Assembly (NCBI GenBank): GCA_963169645.1 | Contig: CAUJCO010000007.1 | Location: 13,803-77,802 of the forward strand | Direction: 5' to 3' | DNA: 64,000 bases | Origin: Bacteroidota bacterium | Lineage (GTDB): Bacteria > Bacteroidota > Bacteroidia > Chitinophagales > JADIYW01 | Part shown: positions 1 through 9,219 of the stretch, piece after piece | Numbering within the stretch: the first letter of the stretch is position 1 | Layout of the letters: each line of letters starts with the position of its first letter | Made by a program: the position numbers and the translations under genes | The notes under the pieces: generated by a model | Databases searched by the model: none | Told to the model about the DNA's origin: nothing | What the model saw: the letters and a program-made list of their open reading frames with translations, nothing else

Positions 1-145
1 TATAACCTGTTTTCCAATCCCATTTACTTTTGCAAAATCCGGCAATAAACAAAGCAAAAAAACTCCAAATTATCGAAACAGGAAACAACCAAATTATCGT
101 AGAAATTGACGGAAAATTATCCATAAAAAACCGAATCAATTCCAT
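1..145 (-). CDS. partial ORF (5-prime end only, runs off window), putative small membrane protein
   Basis: ATG at 145 (27 nt after the SDR stop, same strand) opens a frame still open at base 1: MELIRFFMDNFPSISTIIWLFPVSIIWSFFALFIAGFCKSKWDWKTGY... Hydrophobic, no family recognised, too short for the ORF track. Confidence 0.3.
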   Translation of the reverse strand, partial: MELIRFFMDNFPSISTIIWLFPVSIIWSFFALFIAGFCKSKWDWKTGY

Positions 146-172
146 AGAAGTAAGAAAAATAGTAACTAAAAA

Positions 173-1039
173 TCAATCAAAATCAACTACGCCAAATTCT
201 TTTATTCCGGTTAGTTGCAAGCTAATCTCCCAGAGTTTACGGGCATTTTCAGAGCTTATTGCTTCTAAAGATGGAATCGTTGGATTTTTTCTATACCAAT
301 ATAATCCGGTTTTATGATGTACTAAAGGTGATGTTGCTAAATATATTGACGTCTCTGCTCCTTTTTCGGGTGAAGTAAGTACAAAACCAAAATTACTTGT
401 CAAAAAACGCATCAATTTATTGCCATTACTGCCAATGTTGGTGTTTACATTTCCGGGATGCAAACAGTTAGCCGTAATATTGGTATTTTTCTTTAATTGA
501 TAGGCTAATTCTTTATTAAACAAAATGGTCATCAATTTGGTATGTCCGTATTGAATCCACATATTAAATCGTTTTTCTGCATGCAAATTATCCCAATTCA
601 TTCCGGTAAACCGATGTGCTACACTCGAAACATTAACGATGCGACCACTTTCGGATGCCTTCAACAAATCCAATAAATAATGCGTTACTAAAAAATAACC
701 GAGATGATTAGTGGCAAACATTTTTTCAAAACCATCTTCTGTAAGTTCTCTTTTACCCAACACTACACCGGCATTATTTATCAATACATCGATGTGGTTA
801 TAACGTGTTCTAATTTCTTTGGCAAATTTTTTGATGGATTGATGTGAACTAAAATCGCATAAAAACAAATCGCAATTATTCAATCCGGTGAGTGCGTTTA
901 TATCATCTTGCACTGCTTTAGCTTTTTGTTCATTTCGGCACACCATCACCACTTGTGCACCCATTTTAGCAATTTCTGTTGCAGTTATTCTACCTATTCC
1001 TGAGTTACTTCCTGTTATGACAACAACCTTTTCTTTCAT
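173..1039 (-). CDS. SDR family NAD(P)-dependent oxidoreductase (retinol-dehydrogenase-like)
   Basis: 288-aa ORF with Rossmann motif VVITGSNSGIGR (TGxxxGxG), NNAG motif (LINNAGV) and catalytic YxxxK (YGHTK). Confidence 0.9.
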   Translation of the reverse strand: MKEKVVVITGSNSGIGRITATEIAKMGAQVVMVCRNEQKAKAVQDDINALTGLNNCDLFLCDFSSHQSIKKFAKEIRTRYNHIDVLINNAGVVLGKRELTEDGFEKMFATNHLGYFLVTHYLLDLLKASESGRIVNVSSVAHRFTGMNWDNLHAEKRFNMWIQYGHTKLMTILFNKELAYQLKKNTNITANCLHPGNVNTNIGSNGNKLMRFLTSNFGFVLTSPEKGAETSIYLATSPLVHHKTGLYWYRKNPTIPSLEAISSENARKLWEISLQLTGIKEFGVVDFD

Positions 1040-1052
1040 GTGTATTTTGCAA

Positions 1053-1760
1053 TTATTTTTTTGATTTATGATTGGCTAAATATACCATTAAACAAAATGG
1101 CAACACCATTGCGATAAAAAAAATAAGTCGCCAAGTTGGCACTATTTCTGTGTTGAAAATTTTAGCAAGAATAGCAAGAACAACCGTACTTCCTGCGATA
1201 TAAGCCATCCACTTTGCCCAACCTTGCTCGTACATACTTTTTTGCTGTATTCTATCTTGTGGTAAAAATATAGCCGAAGTATTGTACGCTTGAATATTTT
1301 TATCTAAAGCATCCCAAAATGCAGAAAACTGTTGATTTTCATCTATTGATTTGGGTTCTATCAAAATAGTTTTTGACGGATTTTTTGTTTTAATAGAAAT
1401 CACTAATCTGCCATAACTATCGTTATCTTTCATGATATTTTGAATGTTCGAAAATGGGATGATGGTTTCCTTTTGCTTATAAATAAAGCTTGTTTTATCT
1501 AATATTATTTCGATGGTGTTTTTTGTAAACGAGGCTGTTCCTTTACTTTTAATCATCATTAAAATAGCAATTACTAATACCATACTAGCCAATATGGAAA
1601 TGACAATGGCGATTGTTGTAAATTTCCCATCGGATATAGAAAGTAAATCAGCATTATTCACCAACACCATTATCATAAAAAACACGAACAACATCGCAAC
1701 AACAATAGTCAATATAACACTTTTACTTTCGGAGTATTTAATCGGAATGGGCTGCATCAT
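1053..1760 (-). CDS. hypothetical membrane protein
   Basis: The ORF track gives 1053..1862, but the ATG at 1862 lies inside the terminator hairpin 1837..1872 of the upstream gene. The next in-frame ATGs (MMQPIPIK...) are at 1760/1757. Hydrophobic helices flank a soluble middle part of about 100 aa. No family recognised. Confidence 0.5.
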   Translation of the reverse strand: MMQPIPIKYSESKSVILTIVVAMLFVFFMIMVLVNNADLLSISDGKFTTIAIVISILASMVLVIAILMMIKSKGTASFTKNTIEIILDKTSFIYKQKETIIPFSNIQNIMKDNDSYGRLVISIKTKNPSKTILIEPKSIDENQQFSAFWDALDKNIQAYNTSAIFLPQDRIQQKSMYEQGWAKWMAYIAGSTVVLAILAKIFNTEIVPTWRLIFFIAMVLPFCLMVYLANHKSKK

Positions 1761-1836
1761 TCTTATTTTATTTCTAAATGTACTAAATGAAATTAAATAG
1801 ATAAAATAATTATCTAAAAAAGAAAACAATGCATAG

Positions 1837-1872
1837 AAAAACGGGAATATCAAAAAAGACATTCCCGTTTTT
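1837..1872 (-). terminator. rho-independent terminator after the 1891..3255 gene (bidirectional shape)
   Basis: AAAAACGGGAAT-N12-ATTCCCGTTTTT with perfect 12-nt arms. On the minus strand the GC core is followed by a T-run, about 18 nt after the upstream stop codon. Confidence 0.7.
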
Positions 1873-1890
1873 AAAAAGGTATTTGGAAGA

Positions 1891-3255
1891 TTATAAACCT
1901 ACTACTTTCACATTATCTAATTCGTATATGGTGCGTTGATTTCCAGCTGTTTTCACGGCATCATATTTAAAGGCAACATACACATTACCGGAATATGCAC
2001 TAATATCTAAAGCTCTGAAAGGTGCTAATGTACCATAACCGGATACAGGCGTGGTGCAAACTGTATCAACCAAAGTAGTCCAAGTAAATGATTGAGGTGA
2101 TGTACTTGAACCATCGTAATCCGTTGAGATTAACACTTTAAAAGAAGATACACCATCTGCTTTTCCCGGAGCAAACGAGAATTTAATATTTTTTGTTGTG
2201 GTTGAACCTAAATTAATAGATGGTGTGATTAACCAAGAGGCAATTTGACCATCACCGGCATTATAGGAATCAATCTTAGCACATTTTACAGAACCAAAAA
2301 TAGCATTTTGCCACAATGCGGTGTTCATTTCTGTTATATTTTTCCAACCGGATAAATTTAAAGTGGCATTGTTACCGCCAGAAATGGCATCAAAATTTTC
2401 TGAAAAAAGTGTCAATTCATTTGGGTTGGTACCATCACAACGATTATTGGTAAGTTGCAAATCCGTAACATCTCTCAACAACAATTGTTTTTCGCTGTTA
2501 TACTGAGTATAAATTCCATAAGCAGTACCATTTCCTTTTGGTGTGTTGCTAAATGCAAATTTACTGTATGCACTATTTCGTACAGTAATTGTAGTTGACA
2601 AGGCACTGCACATTCTCAAGAAACGCTCACCAGTTCCCGGAGATGGTAAATTTACATCTGCAAATGGAACACCCGCAGAAGCATCATCAAACTCTACATT
2701 CATTAGTTTAATTAAACGACCATGATACGTGCTATTCAAATCGTTGATGTTCGTGATGGTTTGTGCCATTGAATCAGCATTGTAACCTGTTGGTCCTTTC
2801 ACTATATATTTATTAATTAAGTTCGATGGAATTCCTTCTACACTCACGCCGTTTGCATAACCACCTAATTGTAGAAATCCACCGTACGTACCTAATACTA
2901 AGCCTTTACATTTTACATAAATTTTTCTTCCAACCGGGAAATCGCCATATAATGCATTTCTGTCAATTAAAATAGGCATACCTCTATCGCCATCGTCAAT
3001 AAATAATTGTTCATAGATATTACCACTAATGTCATTACCTACAACTATACCGGCAATGGTTACGTCGTCCGTAATGGTGATAGGTGAACCACCTGTATAA
3101 AGTGCTTTTAATCTTGAAATACTAATTGTATCCAAGTTGGGATCTTCCGTGATTTGTTTTGGATCGTCGAATTTATCTTTTCGACAAGAGGTTACTGAAA
3201 TGAATGCTGTGAAAACAAACATTAATAATAGTAGCTTATTGAATTTCGTCATCAT
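1891..3255 (-). CDS. lipoprotein, DUF5689-like N-terminal (OB-fold-like) domain plus choice-of-anchor-J/MAM-like C-terminal domain (tentative)
   Basis: Lipobox ...FISVTSC. The N-terminal segment ISISRLKALYTGG..ITITDDVTIAGIVVGNDISGNIYEQLFIDDGDRGMPILID...YVKCKGLVLGTYGGFLQLG matches my memory of DUF5689. The C-terminal segment LFSENFD...WKN...WLITPSINL...YVAFKY...YELDNVKV resembles choice-of-anchor J. It lies directly downstream of a TonB-dependent receptor. Confidence 0.6.
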   Translation of the reverse strand: MMTKFNKLLLLMFVFTAFISVTSCRKDKFDDPKQITEDPNLDTISISRLKALYTGGSPITITDDVTIAGIVVGNDISGNIYEQLFIDDGDRGMPILIDRNALYGDFPVGRKIYVKCKGLVLGTYGGFLQLGGYANGVSVEGIPSNLINKYIVKGPTGYNADSMAQTITNINDLNSTYHGRLIKLMNVEFDDASAGVPFADVNLPSPGTGERFLRMCSALSTTITVRNSAYSKFAFSNTPKGNGTAYGIYTQYNSEKQLLLRDVTDLQLTNNRCDGTNPNELTLFSENFDAISGGNNATLNLSGWKNITEMNTALWQNAIFGSVKCAKIDSYNAGDGQIASWLITPSINLGSTTTKNIKFSFAPGKADGVSSFKVLISTDYDGSSTSPQSFTWTTLVDTVCTTPVSGYGTLAPFRALDISAYSGNVYVAFKYDAVKTAGNQRTIYELDNVKVVGL

Positions 3256-3285
3256 ATTATTTAAGTTAAATTTTGATATTATTTT

Positions 3286-5877
3286 TTACATTCTAAAAGT
3301 TAAGTTCAAATAGAAATTAGCACCGTATGCATACGAAAATTTTGTTGGAAATTTAAACGGATCTTTCTCTTCAAAATCAAAACGCAATTGTTCTCTTGCA
3401 CCAACGATGATATTTCTATTATTCGTTACATTGCTTACTCCGGCATTTAATACGATGTAGTAATTTCCGGCATTTTTGCCTTTCATGTTTTTAAATGTAG
3501 ATTTTAATCTCCAAGAATAACCACCGGATAAATCGAGTGTCCACTCTCCTTTTTTGCTCAATCTTTCTTGCGTTAAAATAGCTTTATATTGTTCTGAGTT
3601 TGGATCTAATGCATCAACTGCACGTTCTGTTCGGTGTGTTGGCGCAATATCTGTCCACATCCAATCAAAGAAGTTCACATTCGCACCGATATACCAGAAT
3701 TTTTTAGAACGATAGTTTAATCCTAAACTATATGCCATTTGAGGTGTTCCACCAACATTCATACCTTTGGTATAAACAGTTTCCACCATTTTAAAATTCG
3801 GGTCTGCATCAATCGTTTCAATTACAACTTGTCTGTCATTATAAAAATATTTTCCGATTGCTGTTGCAAAAGAAGCCGACAATCCTTTATATAAAGAAGC
3901 TTCAACACCTAATTCTACACCAGCATGAATTTTATCAATTTGAGTTACAGTGTAGCTGGTTAAACTTTCATAATAATCATCATAGAAGAAAATAGAATTA
4001 GAACCATTTCTAAATTGAGTGAAATAACCCAATGCTTTTAATTTTACTTTTGGATGAACAAACAAATAACCTAACTCAACAGAGCCAACACTTTCGCTTT
4101 TTACATCAGAAGCAATTTCATTACTTGTTCTGCTGGAGATAAATAATTTATTCCAATACGGTGCACGTGTCATGTACAAACCATTGGCATATAGATAATT
4201 TCTGCCATTAATTTTATAAGTCAAACCGGCCTTTACAGCATAGTTAAACGAGTTCACACTTTTTGATTTTCCTTCTGAGTTATCTGCATTCATACCATTT
4301 CTAAAATGGCCAACTCTATGTTGTGATGTGTACGACAATTCCACACTTGTAAAGAAATCAACATGTTTGAAATTTGCTTTAAACTGTCCCCAAGCTGCAG
4401 CTTTATGAATAACTTGACTAAAGTTATAACCATACTTATCACCTACTTTTACAATACGATTCGGGTGATTCAAATCAGCTTGTGCATACGATGAATATTT
4501 TCCTGAATCACCTTCTATAAACTCATCTACATCTACATAAAATTCTGCACCTAATAAATCTTTTACTCTTTTAAATTGGTTTGTTTGATTGTATTGGTAA
4601 GATGCGCCTGCTGTAATATCAAAATTTTTAACGGATACATTATACACAGAATTTAAATTAAAGCGATTGTATTTTTGAACTACATCGTTTAATACATAGG
4701 ATGCACGTTGTCCGGTTACGTTATTTCCGGCAATTCCATTTACATCTTCAATGGTTACATTATTGGAAGGGTTTTTATTCGTAGCATATAAATAATCCCA
4801 ATCAACTTGTAATAATTCCGGATTTTCACGAATATAAGCTGCCATATCTGCTTGTACCGTTGAATCATCAATGTAACTTGGTAAATATTTATAGTAATCC
4901 GGACGAGGATCTTTTGCATTATATCTATCTAAACCCGATAAGGTACGTTCACCAAAACTATAACCAGCGGCTGTCATCAAATTCATATTATCTTTTGGTT
5001 TCCACTCATGTGTTAAAATAAAAACAGGTTGATGCCTGTATTCTACTCTTGAGTTTCTAACTTTTCCATTTTGGTAGCCCCAATTTGGATTATAATAATG
5101 AGAACCGGCTAAATCATACGCTTCTGCTGTTGTAGAGCTGGCCTTTCCTTGCTTCGTAGGCACACCAAATGCCGTTAATGCTAAAGATTGATTTTTAAAC
5201 ATTTTTTGAATAGATGCGAAGTAAGAAATACTCTGCATGCTGGTACCTTTTATATATCCTTGTTTCGCCCATCTACCGAATAATGAAACGGAAAAGCTCC
5301 AACCTTTTTTGGTAATTCCGGAACCCCACGTAACACCACCTCTTAAATCATACGTTCTATTAGATGTTCCAATCGTTACACTTAACTGTTTGCGTTGTTT
5401 GGCAGCACGCATATCTATAGAATACAATCCACCGGCAGAGCCAAATGCAAAAGTAGTTGGATTTAAGCCGATTGAATTTTCTCTATTTCGTGTTACATCA
5501 TTTAAACCTGACCAAAGATTATAGGATGAAAATCCATTATCGATATAATCAGTCGGTACACCATTTACATACGTTTCAAAGAAATCATAGTCGTAACCTC
5601 TAATTTTAAAACGGGTAATACCCCAATTGAATGAAGCAGCCGAAACAAAAGGATCTCTTCCGGCAGATAATATCGGTGAGATTCCTTGGTCGGATCCACT
5701 TTCATCATTTGATTCTACATCTTCTAATGTAACAGTAGGAATATTATCTACAATTCTACTATTCAATAATGAGTCATCATCCGCATTTACAATAGTTGAA
5801 TCTTGGTTTGCTGCTGCAGCAAACGAATGAATACTTACACATAAGCAAAGGGAAAAAAATACTACGTGTCTAAACAT
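3286..5877 (-). CDS. TonB-dependent outer-membrane receptor
   Basis: The ORF-track start 5922 is TTG. The ATG at 5877 gives the signal peptide MFRHVVFFSLCLCVSIHSFA. There is an acidic linker, a plug-like region (FKIRGYDYDFFETYVNGVP...GLNDV) and a barrel of about 800 aa with alternating strands. Confidence 0.8.
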   Translation of the reverse strand: MFRHVVFFSLCLCVSIHSFAAAANQDSTIVNADDDSLLNSRIVDNIPTVTLEDVESNDESGSDQGISPILSAGRDPFVSAASFNWGITRFKIRGYDYDFFETYVNGVPTDYIDNGFSSYNLWSGLNDVTRNRENSIGLNPTTFAFGSAGGLYSIDMRAAKQRKQLSVTIGTSNRTYDLRGGVTWGSGITKKGWSFSVSLFGRWAKQGYIKGTSMQSISYFASIQKMFKNQSLALTAFGVPTKQGKASSTTAEAYDLAGSHYYNPNWGYQNGKVRNSRVEYRHQPVFILTHEWKPKDNMNLMTAAGYSFGERTLSGLDRYNAKDPRPDYYKYLPSYIDDSTVQADMAAYIRENPELLQVDWDYLYATNKNPSNNVTIEDVNGIAGNNVTGQRASYVLNDVVQKYNRFNLNSVYNVSVKNFDITAGASYQYNQTNQFKRVKDLLGAEFYVDVDEFIEGDSGKYSSYAQADLNHPNRIVKVGDKYGYNFSQVIHKAAAWGQFKANFKHVDFFTSVELSYTSQHRVGHFRNGMNADNSEGKSKSVNSFNYAVKAGLTYKINGRNYLYANGLYMTRAPYWNKLFISSRTSNEIASDVKSESVGSVELGYLFVHPKVKLKALGYFTQFRNGSNSIFFYDDYYESLTSYTVTQIDKIHAGVELGVEASLYKGLSASFATAIGKYFYNDRQVVIETIDADPNFKMVETVYTKGMNVGGTPQMAYSLGLNYRSKKFWYIGANVNFFDWMWTDIAPTHRTERAVDALDPNSEQYKAILTQERLSKKGEWTLDLSGGYSWRLKSTFKNMKGKNAGNYYIVLNAGVSNVTNNRNIIVGAREQLRFDFEEKDPFKFPTKFSYAYGANFYLNLTFRM

Positions 5878-5919
5878 ATATTTGGTATTGATTTTGCTAT
5901 AAAATATAAAAACGACTAG

Positions 5920-5927
5920 CAAAGGTA
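5920..5927 (-). promoter_or_regulatory. Bacteroidota -7 promoter box (TACCTTTG on minus strand)
   Basis: Exact TAnnTTTG, with its G 43 nt upstream of the receptor ATG at 5877, in the divergent control region 5878..6006. Confidence 0.4.
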
Positions 5928-5995
5928 ACTATATTTCTATGAATATTTCTATTACCAATTTTCATATTTTCCACAAACTACTTCATTTAAATTTG

Positions 5996-6003
5996 TATTT
6001 TTG
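5996..6003 (+). promoter_or_regulatory. Bacteroidota -7 promoter box (TATTTTTG)
   Basis: Exact TAnnTTTG ending 4 nt before the ATG at 6007, which would make the nuclease mRNA leaderless or nearly so. Confidence 0.35.
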
Positions 6004-6006
6004 ACC

Positions 6007-7059
6007 ATGAAAAAATATTTAGCGCTTCTATTTTTCCCATTCTTATTGATGTACATCAACAATAGTTATGGACAACAAAAACAATATAAAATAATTGTTG
6101 GCGGATTTTACAATCTTGAAAACTTTTTTGATACCATCGACGATCCCAAAACATTTGACGATGATTTTACGCCTAATGGCTCCTTGCATTACTCTGCAGA
6201 AATTTATAAAGATAAAATCCAACATTTAGAGCAAGTAGTAGCACAAATTGGAACCGATTTATCACCGGATGGAATGGCATTTTGGGGAACAGCTGAAATT
6301 GAAAACAAAGAAGTTGTGATGGATTTAGTTAATCAACCCAGTTTAAAAAATAGAAACTATCAAGTAGTACATTACAATGGTGGCGACCCGCGTAGTATTG
6401 ATTGTGGCTTTGTATATAATCCAAAATATTTTAAGCTTTTAGATAGTAAATCTATTCCGATAGATTTACGAAAAGCAGTGAAAGATGCCAAACCAACACG
6501 TGATGTGCTTTGGGTAAAAGGTATCTTAAATGGAACAGATACAATGTATGCCTATGTAGGGCACTGGCCATCCAGACGTGGTGGTGAAGAAGTTACTAAA
6601 CCAATGCGCAATTACGTGGCTTCTGTCATCAAACAACATACTGATTCTATCTTGGCGATTCATCCTTCTGCAAAAATTATTGTCATGGGTGACTTAAACG
6701 ACAACCCGACAGATGAAAGTTTAATCAAGATTTTAAAAGCAGCTGAAAAGCCTGAGAAGTGTACTGCAACCGGCTTTTATAGTCCTTGGATTGAGTACTT
6801 CAAAAAAGGAATTGGTACTTTAGCACATAACGATGCTTGGGGATTGTTTGACCAAATTTTACTTTCAAAAAATTGGTTGGATAAAAATCAAGCTGGTTTC
6901 TTTTATCACAAAGGTTATGTATTTAAAAAAGATTTTATGATACAAAAAACCGGAAAGTATAAAGGTTATCCTAAACGTACATGGGATTTTAATATCTATA
7001 ATGCCGGATACAGCGACCATTTTCCGACATATATTGCATTTTTGAAAGAGATTAAATAA
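6007..7059 (+). CDS. secreted endonuclease/exonuclease/phosphatase (EEP) family protein
   Basis: Sec signal peptide MKKYLALLFFPFLLMYINNSYGQ. It has the N-terminal NLENFFD motif, and the GDLNDNPTDE and GYSDHFP motifs of the EEP fold. The ORF-track start 6001 is TTG, so the ATG at 6007 is preferred. Confidence 0.8.
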   Translation: MKKYLALLFFPFLLMYINNSYGQQKQYKIIVGGFYNLENFFDTIDDPKTFDDDFTPNGSLHYSAEIYKDKIQHLEQVVAQIGTDLSPDGMAFWGTAEIENKEVVMDLVNQPSLKNRNYQVVHYNGGDPRSIDCGFVYNPKYFKLLDSKSIPIDLRKAVKDAKPTRDVLWVKGILNGTDTMYAYVGHWPSRRGGEEVTKPMRNYVASVIKQHTDSILAIHPSAKIIVMGDLNDNPTDESLIKILKAAEKPEKCTATGFYSPWIEYFKKGIGTLAHNDAWGLFDQILLSKNWLDKNQAGFFYHKGYVFKKDFMIQKTGKYKGYPKRTWDFNIYNAGYSDHFPTYIAFLKEIK

Positions 7060-7066
7060 TAAAAAA

Positions 7067-7097
7067 AAGACAAGATTTTTACATAAAATCTTGTCTT
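7067..7097. terminator. bidirectional rho-independent terminator
   Basis: AAGACAAGATTTT-TACAT-AAAATCTTGTCTT with perfect 13-bp arms, an A-run before and T-rich sequence after. It starts 8 nt after the EEP stop codon. Confidence 0.75.
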
Positions 7098-7403
7098 CCA
7101 AATTCTGTAGTTTCCATCACTTTTTACAGTTTTGTATATCTACTAAATTTTCGTTTATTTGATACCATTTCGTTACTGCAAAATAGCTTTTACACTACAT
7201 TACAACTGAAAGTTTTTCACTCATTTTACCAAGCTTATTTCTTTCATTTTCCTTACTACTCTTTATTCAAATAACGTGCTTAAATTTGTGTTTAAAAATG
7301 AAATTTGTCAAGCAAAATTTCGTTAAAAATATCCACTTTAAAATAAACGTAGTTATGCACTATTTCCAAGATACATATTCAACATATTATTCACAAAAAG
7401 AAC

Positions 7404-8447
7404 TTAATCCAGCTTAAATCCTCTCGAATAATTCTCCCATTTTTCAATTAATTTTTGAAAATTTTCCGGCAAGGGCATCTCAAAATACATTTCTTTATTT
7501 GTTCTTGGATGCACAAAACCCAAACTTTGCGCATGCAAGGTATGATGCGGCATTAAGGCAAAACAATTTTCGATAAAGGCCTTATATTTTCCATAAATAG
7601 TACCGGATAAAATTTGGTCGCCACCATAACTATAATCACCAAACAACGTATGTCCGATATATTTTAAATGCACTCGAATTTGATGCGTTCTGCCGGTTTC
7701 TAACTTGCATTTAACCAAAGTAGTATAACCGTATCTTTTTAGCACTTCATAGTTGGTAGCAGCAAACTTTCCAATATGTTCTTCTTGCACCGCCATGAAA
7801 GTTTTTCTATTATTAGGATTTCTGGTGATATTGCAAACAATTCGACCTTTTTGTTGCTCCATATCGCCCCAAACTAAGGCAATGTAATGTCGTTTGATGG
7901 TTCTATCAAAAAATTGTTTGGATAAATGAGTTAAAGCTTGTTCTGTTTTTCCGATGATAATTAGTCCGGAAGTATTTTTATCCAATCGGTGCACCAAACC
8001 CGGTCGAGTAGCACCGGAAATTTCCGGTAATTCTTTACAATGCCACAACAATGCATGCACTAAAGTTCCGTGAAAATTACCGTGTCCGGGATGACATACC
8101 ATGCCGGCTTTTTTATTGACAATTAAAACATCCTCATCTTCATAAATTATATCTAACGGAATATTTTCCGGCTCAACGGTGTAATCCCAAACAGGATTAG
8201 GCAACACCACTTGAATTACGTCGTGTGGGCGAATTTTATAATTTGATTTTACCGGCTTTCCATTCACCAATATGCTACCAGCTTCGGCTGCATTTTGGAT
8301 TTTATTGCGAGAAATAGATGGAATTATATCCGTTAAATATTTATCAATTCGGACAGGCTCTTTTCCTTTATCAATCACGAAGCGATGATGTTCGTATAGT
8401 TCATCATCTACTTCTTCTATTATATTTTCGTCCTTACTATTTTGCAC
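7404..8447 (-). CDS. rluD: RluA/RluD family 23S rRNA pseudouridine synthase
   Basis: S4-like N-terminus and the catalytic motif HRLDKNTSGLIIIGK, 347 aa. Confidence 0.9.
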   Translation of the reverse strand: MQNSKDENIIEEVDDELYEHHRFVIDKGKEPVRIDKYLTDIIPSISRNKIQNAAEAGSILVNGKPVKSNYKIRPHDVIQVVLPNPVWDYTVEPENIPLDIIYEDEDVLIVNKKAGMVCHPGHGNFHGTLVHALLWHCKELPEISGATRPGLVHRLDKNTSGLIIIGKTEQALTHLSKQFFDRTIKRHYIALVWGDMEQQKGRIVCNITRNPNNRKTFMAVQEEHIGKFAATNYEVLKRYGYTTLVKCKLETGRTHQIRVHLKYIGHTLFGDYSYGGDQILSGTIYGKYKAFIENCFALMPHHTLHAQSLGFVHPRTNKEMYFEMPLPENFQKLIEKWENYSRGFKLD

Positions 8448-8467
8448 GATGTTTAATGAAAATGGTT

Positions 8468-9163
8468 TTAAGAAATAAATTGCACATTAAATACGTTTGC
8501 AAAGTTATCTAAAACTATTTGTTTTACTTCATCAATTGAAATTTCTTCACGTTGAATTTTTAATTCGTGTGCAATTGAAGTAACACCTTTATCTGTAAAA
8601 CCACAAGGATTAATGAAATTAAAATAATTCAAATCAACGTTAACATTTAATGCAAAACCATGCATGGTTATCCAACGAGAAGTTTTAACTCCAAAAGCTG
8701 CTATTTTCTTCGGTTTTCCGTCGGCGGAAGAATCAACCCAAACGCCGGTAGCCTCTTCTATTCGATAGCCTTCCATACCGTAATGTGCAATGGTTTTAAT
8801 CATTACTTCTTCCAACAAACGCATGTATTTTTTCAAGTCGGATGTAAAAAAATCCAAATCTAAAATTGGATAACCTGTTATTTGCCCTGGACCATGAAAA
8901 GTAACATCACCGCCTCTATTGATATGGAACACGTCGATGCCTTTTTCCGATAAAAAAGATTCAGACAATAATACATTAGCTTCGTTTGCAGCCTTACCTA
9001 AAGTGATGACCGGAGCATGTTCGCATAAAAACAAAGTATGTGCATTGGAATTGGAACGTTCGTTGATTTTATTTTCAACTAATTCGTTAAATTTCTGAGT
9101 TTGCAAATCTAATGCGGTAGCATACGCAACAGAACCCAAATCAGTTAAAGTAATTTTTTGCAT
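8468..9163 (-). CDS. lipB: lipoyl(octanoyl) transferase
   Basis: Motifs RGGDVTFHGPGQITGYPIL, AAFGVK and NPCG, 231 aa. Confidence 0.9.
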   Translation of the reverse strand: MQKITLTDLGSVAYATALDLQTQKFNELVENKINERSNSNAHTLFLCEHAPVITLGKAANEANVLLSESFLSEKGIDVFHINRGGDVTFHGPGQITGYPILDLDFFTSDLKKYMRLLEEVMIKTIAHYGMEGYRIEEATGVWVDSSADGKPKKIAAFGVKTSRWITMHGFALNVNVDLNYFNFINPCGFTDKGVTSIAHELKIQREEISIDEVKQIVLDNFANVFNVQFIS

Positions 9164-9219
9164 GATAAATAATTCGATTAAAGTTTGTTCGAATTATGAA
9201 TAAATAAAAATGGATGAAA

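Noticed and set aside
30-317. 95-aa plus-strand ORF at the window start
   Set aside because: It runs antisense across the 3-prime end of the well-supported SDR gene and across the minus-strand partial ORF. It has low-complexity N/K/I-rich composition and no motifs, so it is a shadow ORF.
1761-1862. ATG at 1862 as the start of the 1053.. membrane protein (ORF-track call)
   Set aside because: The ATG lies inside the right arm of the terminator hairpin 1837..1872 that ends the upstream operon. The downstream double-Met at 1760/1757 is more plausible.
7298-7417. 39-codon plus-strand ORF (MKFVKQNFVKNIHFKINVVMHYFQ...) in the ORF-free stretch
   Set aside because: It overlaps the rluD 3-prime end, has low-complexity composition, and has no promoter box or motif.
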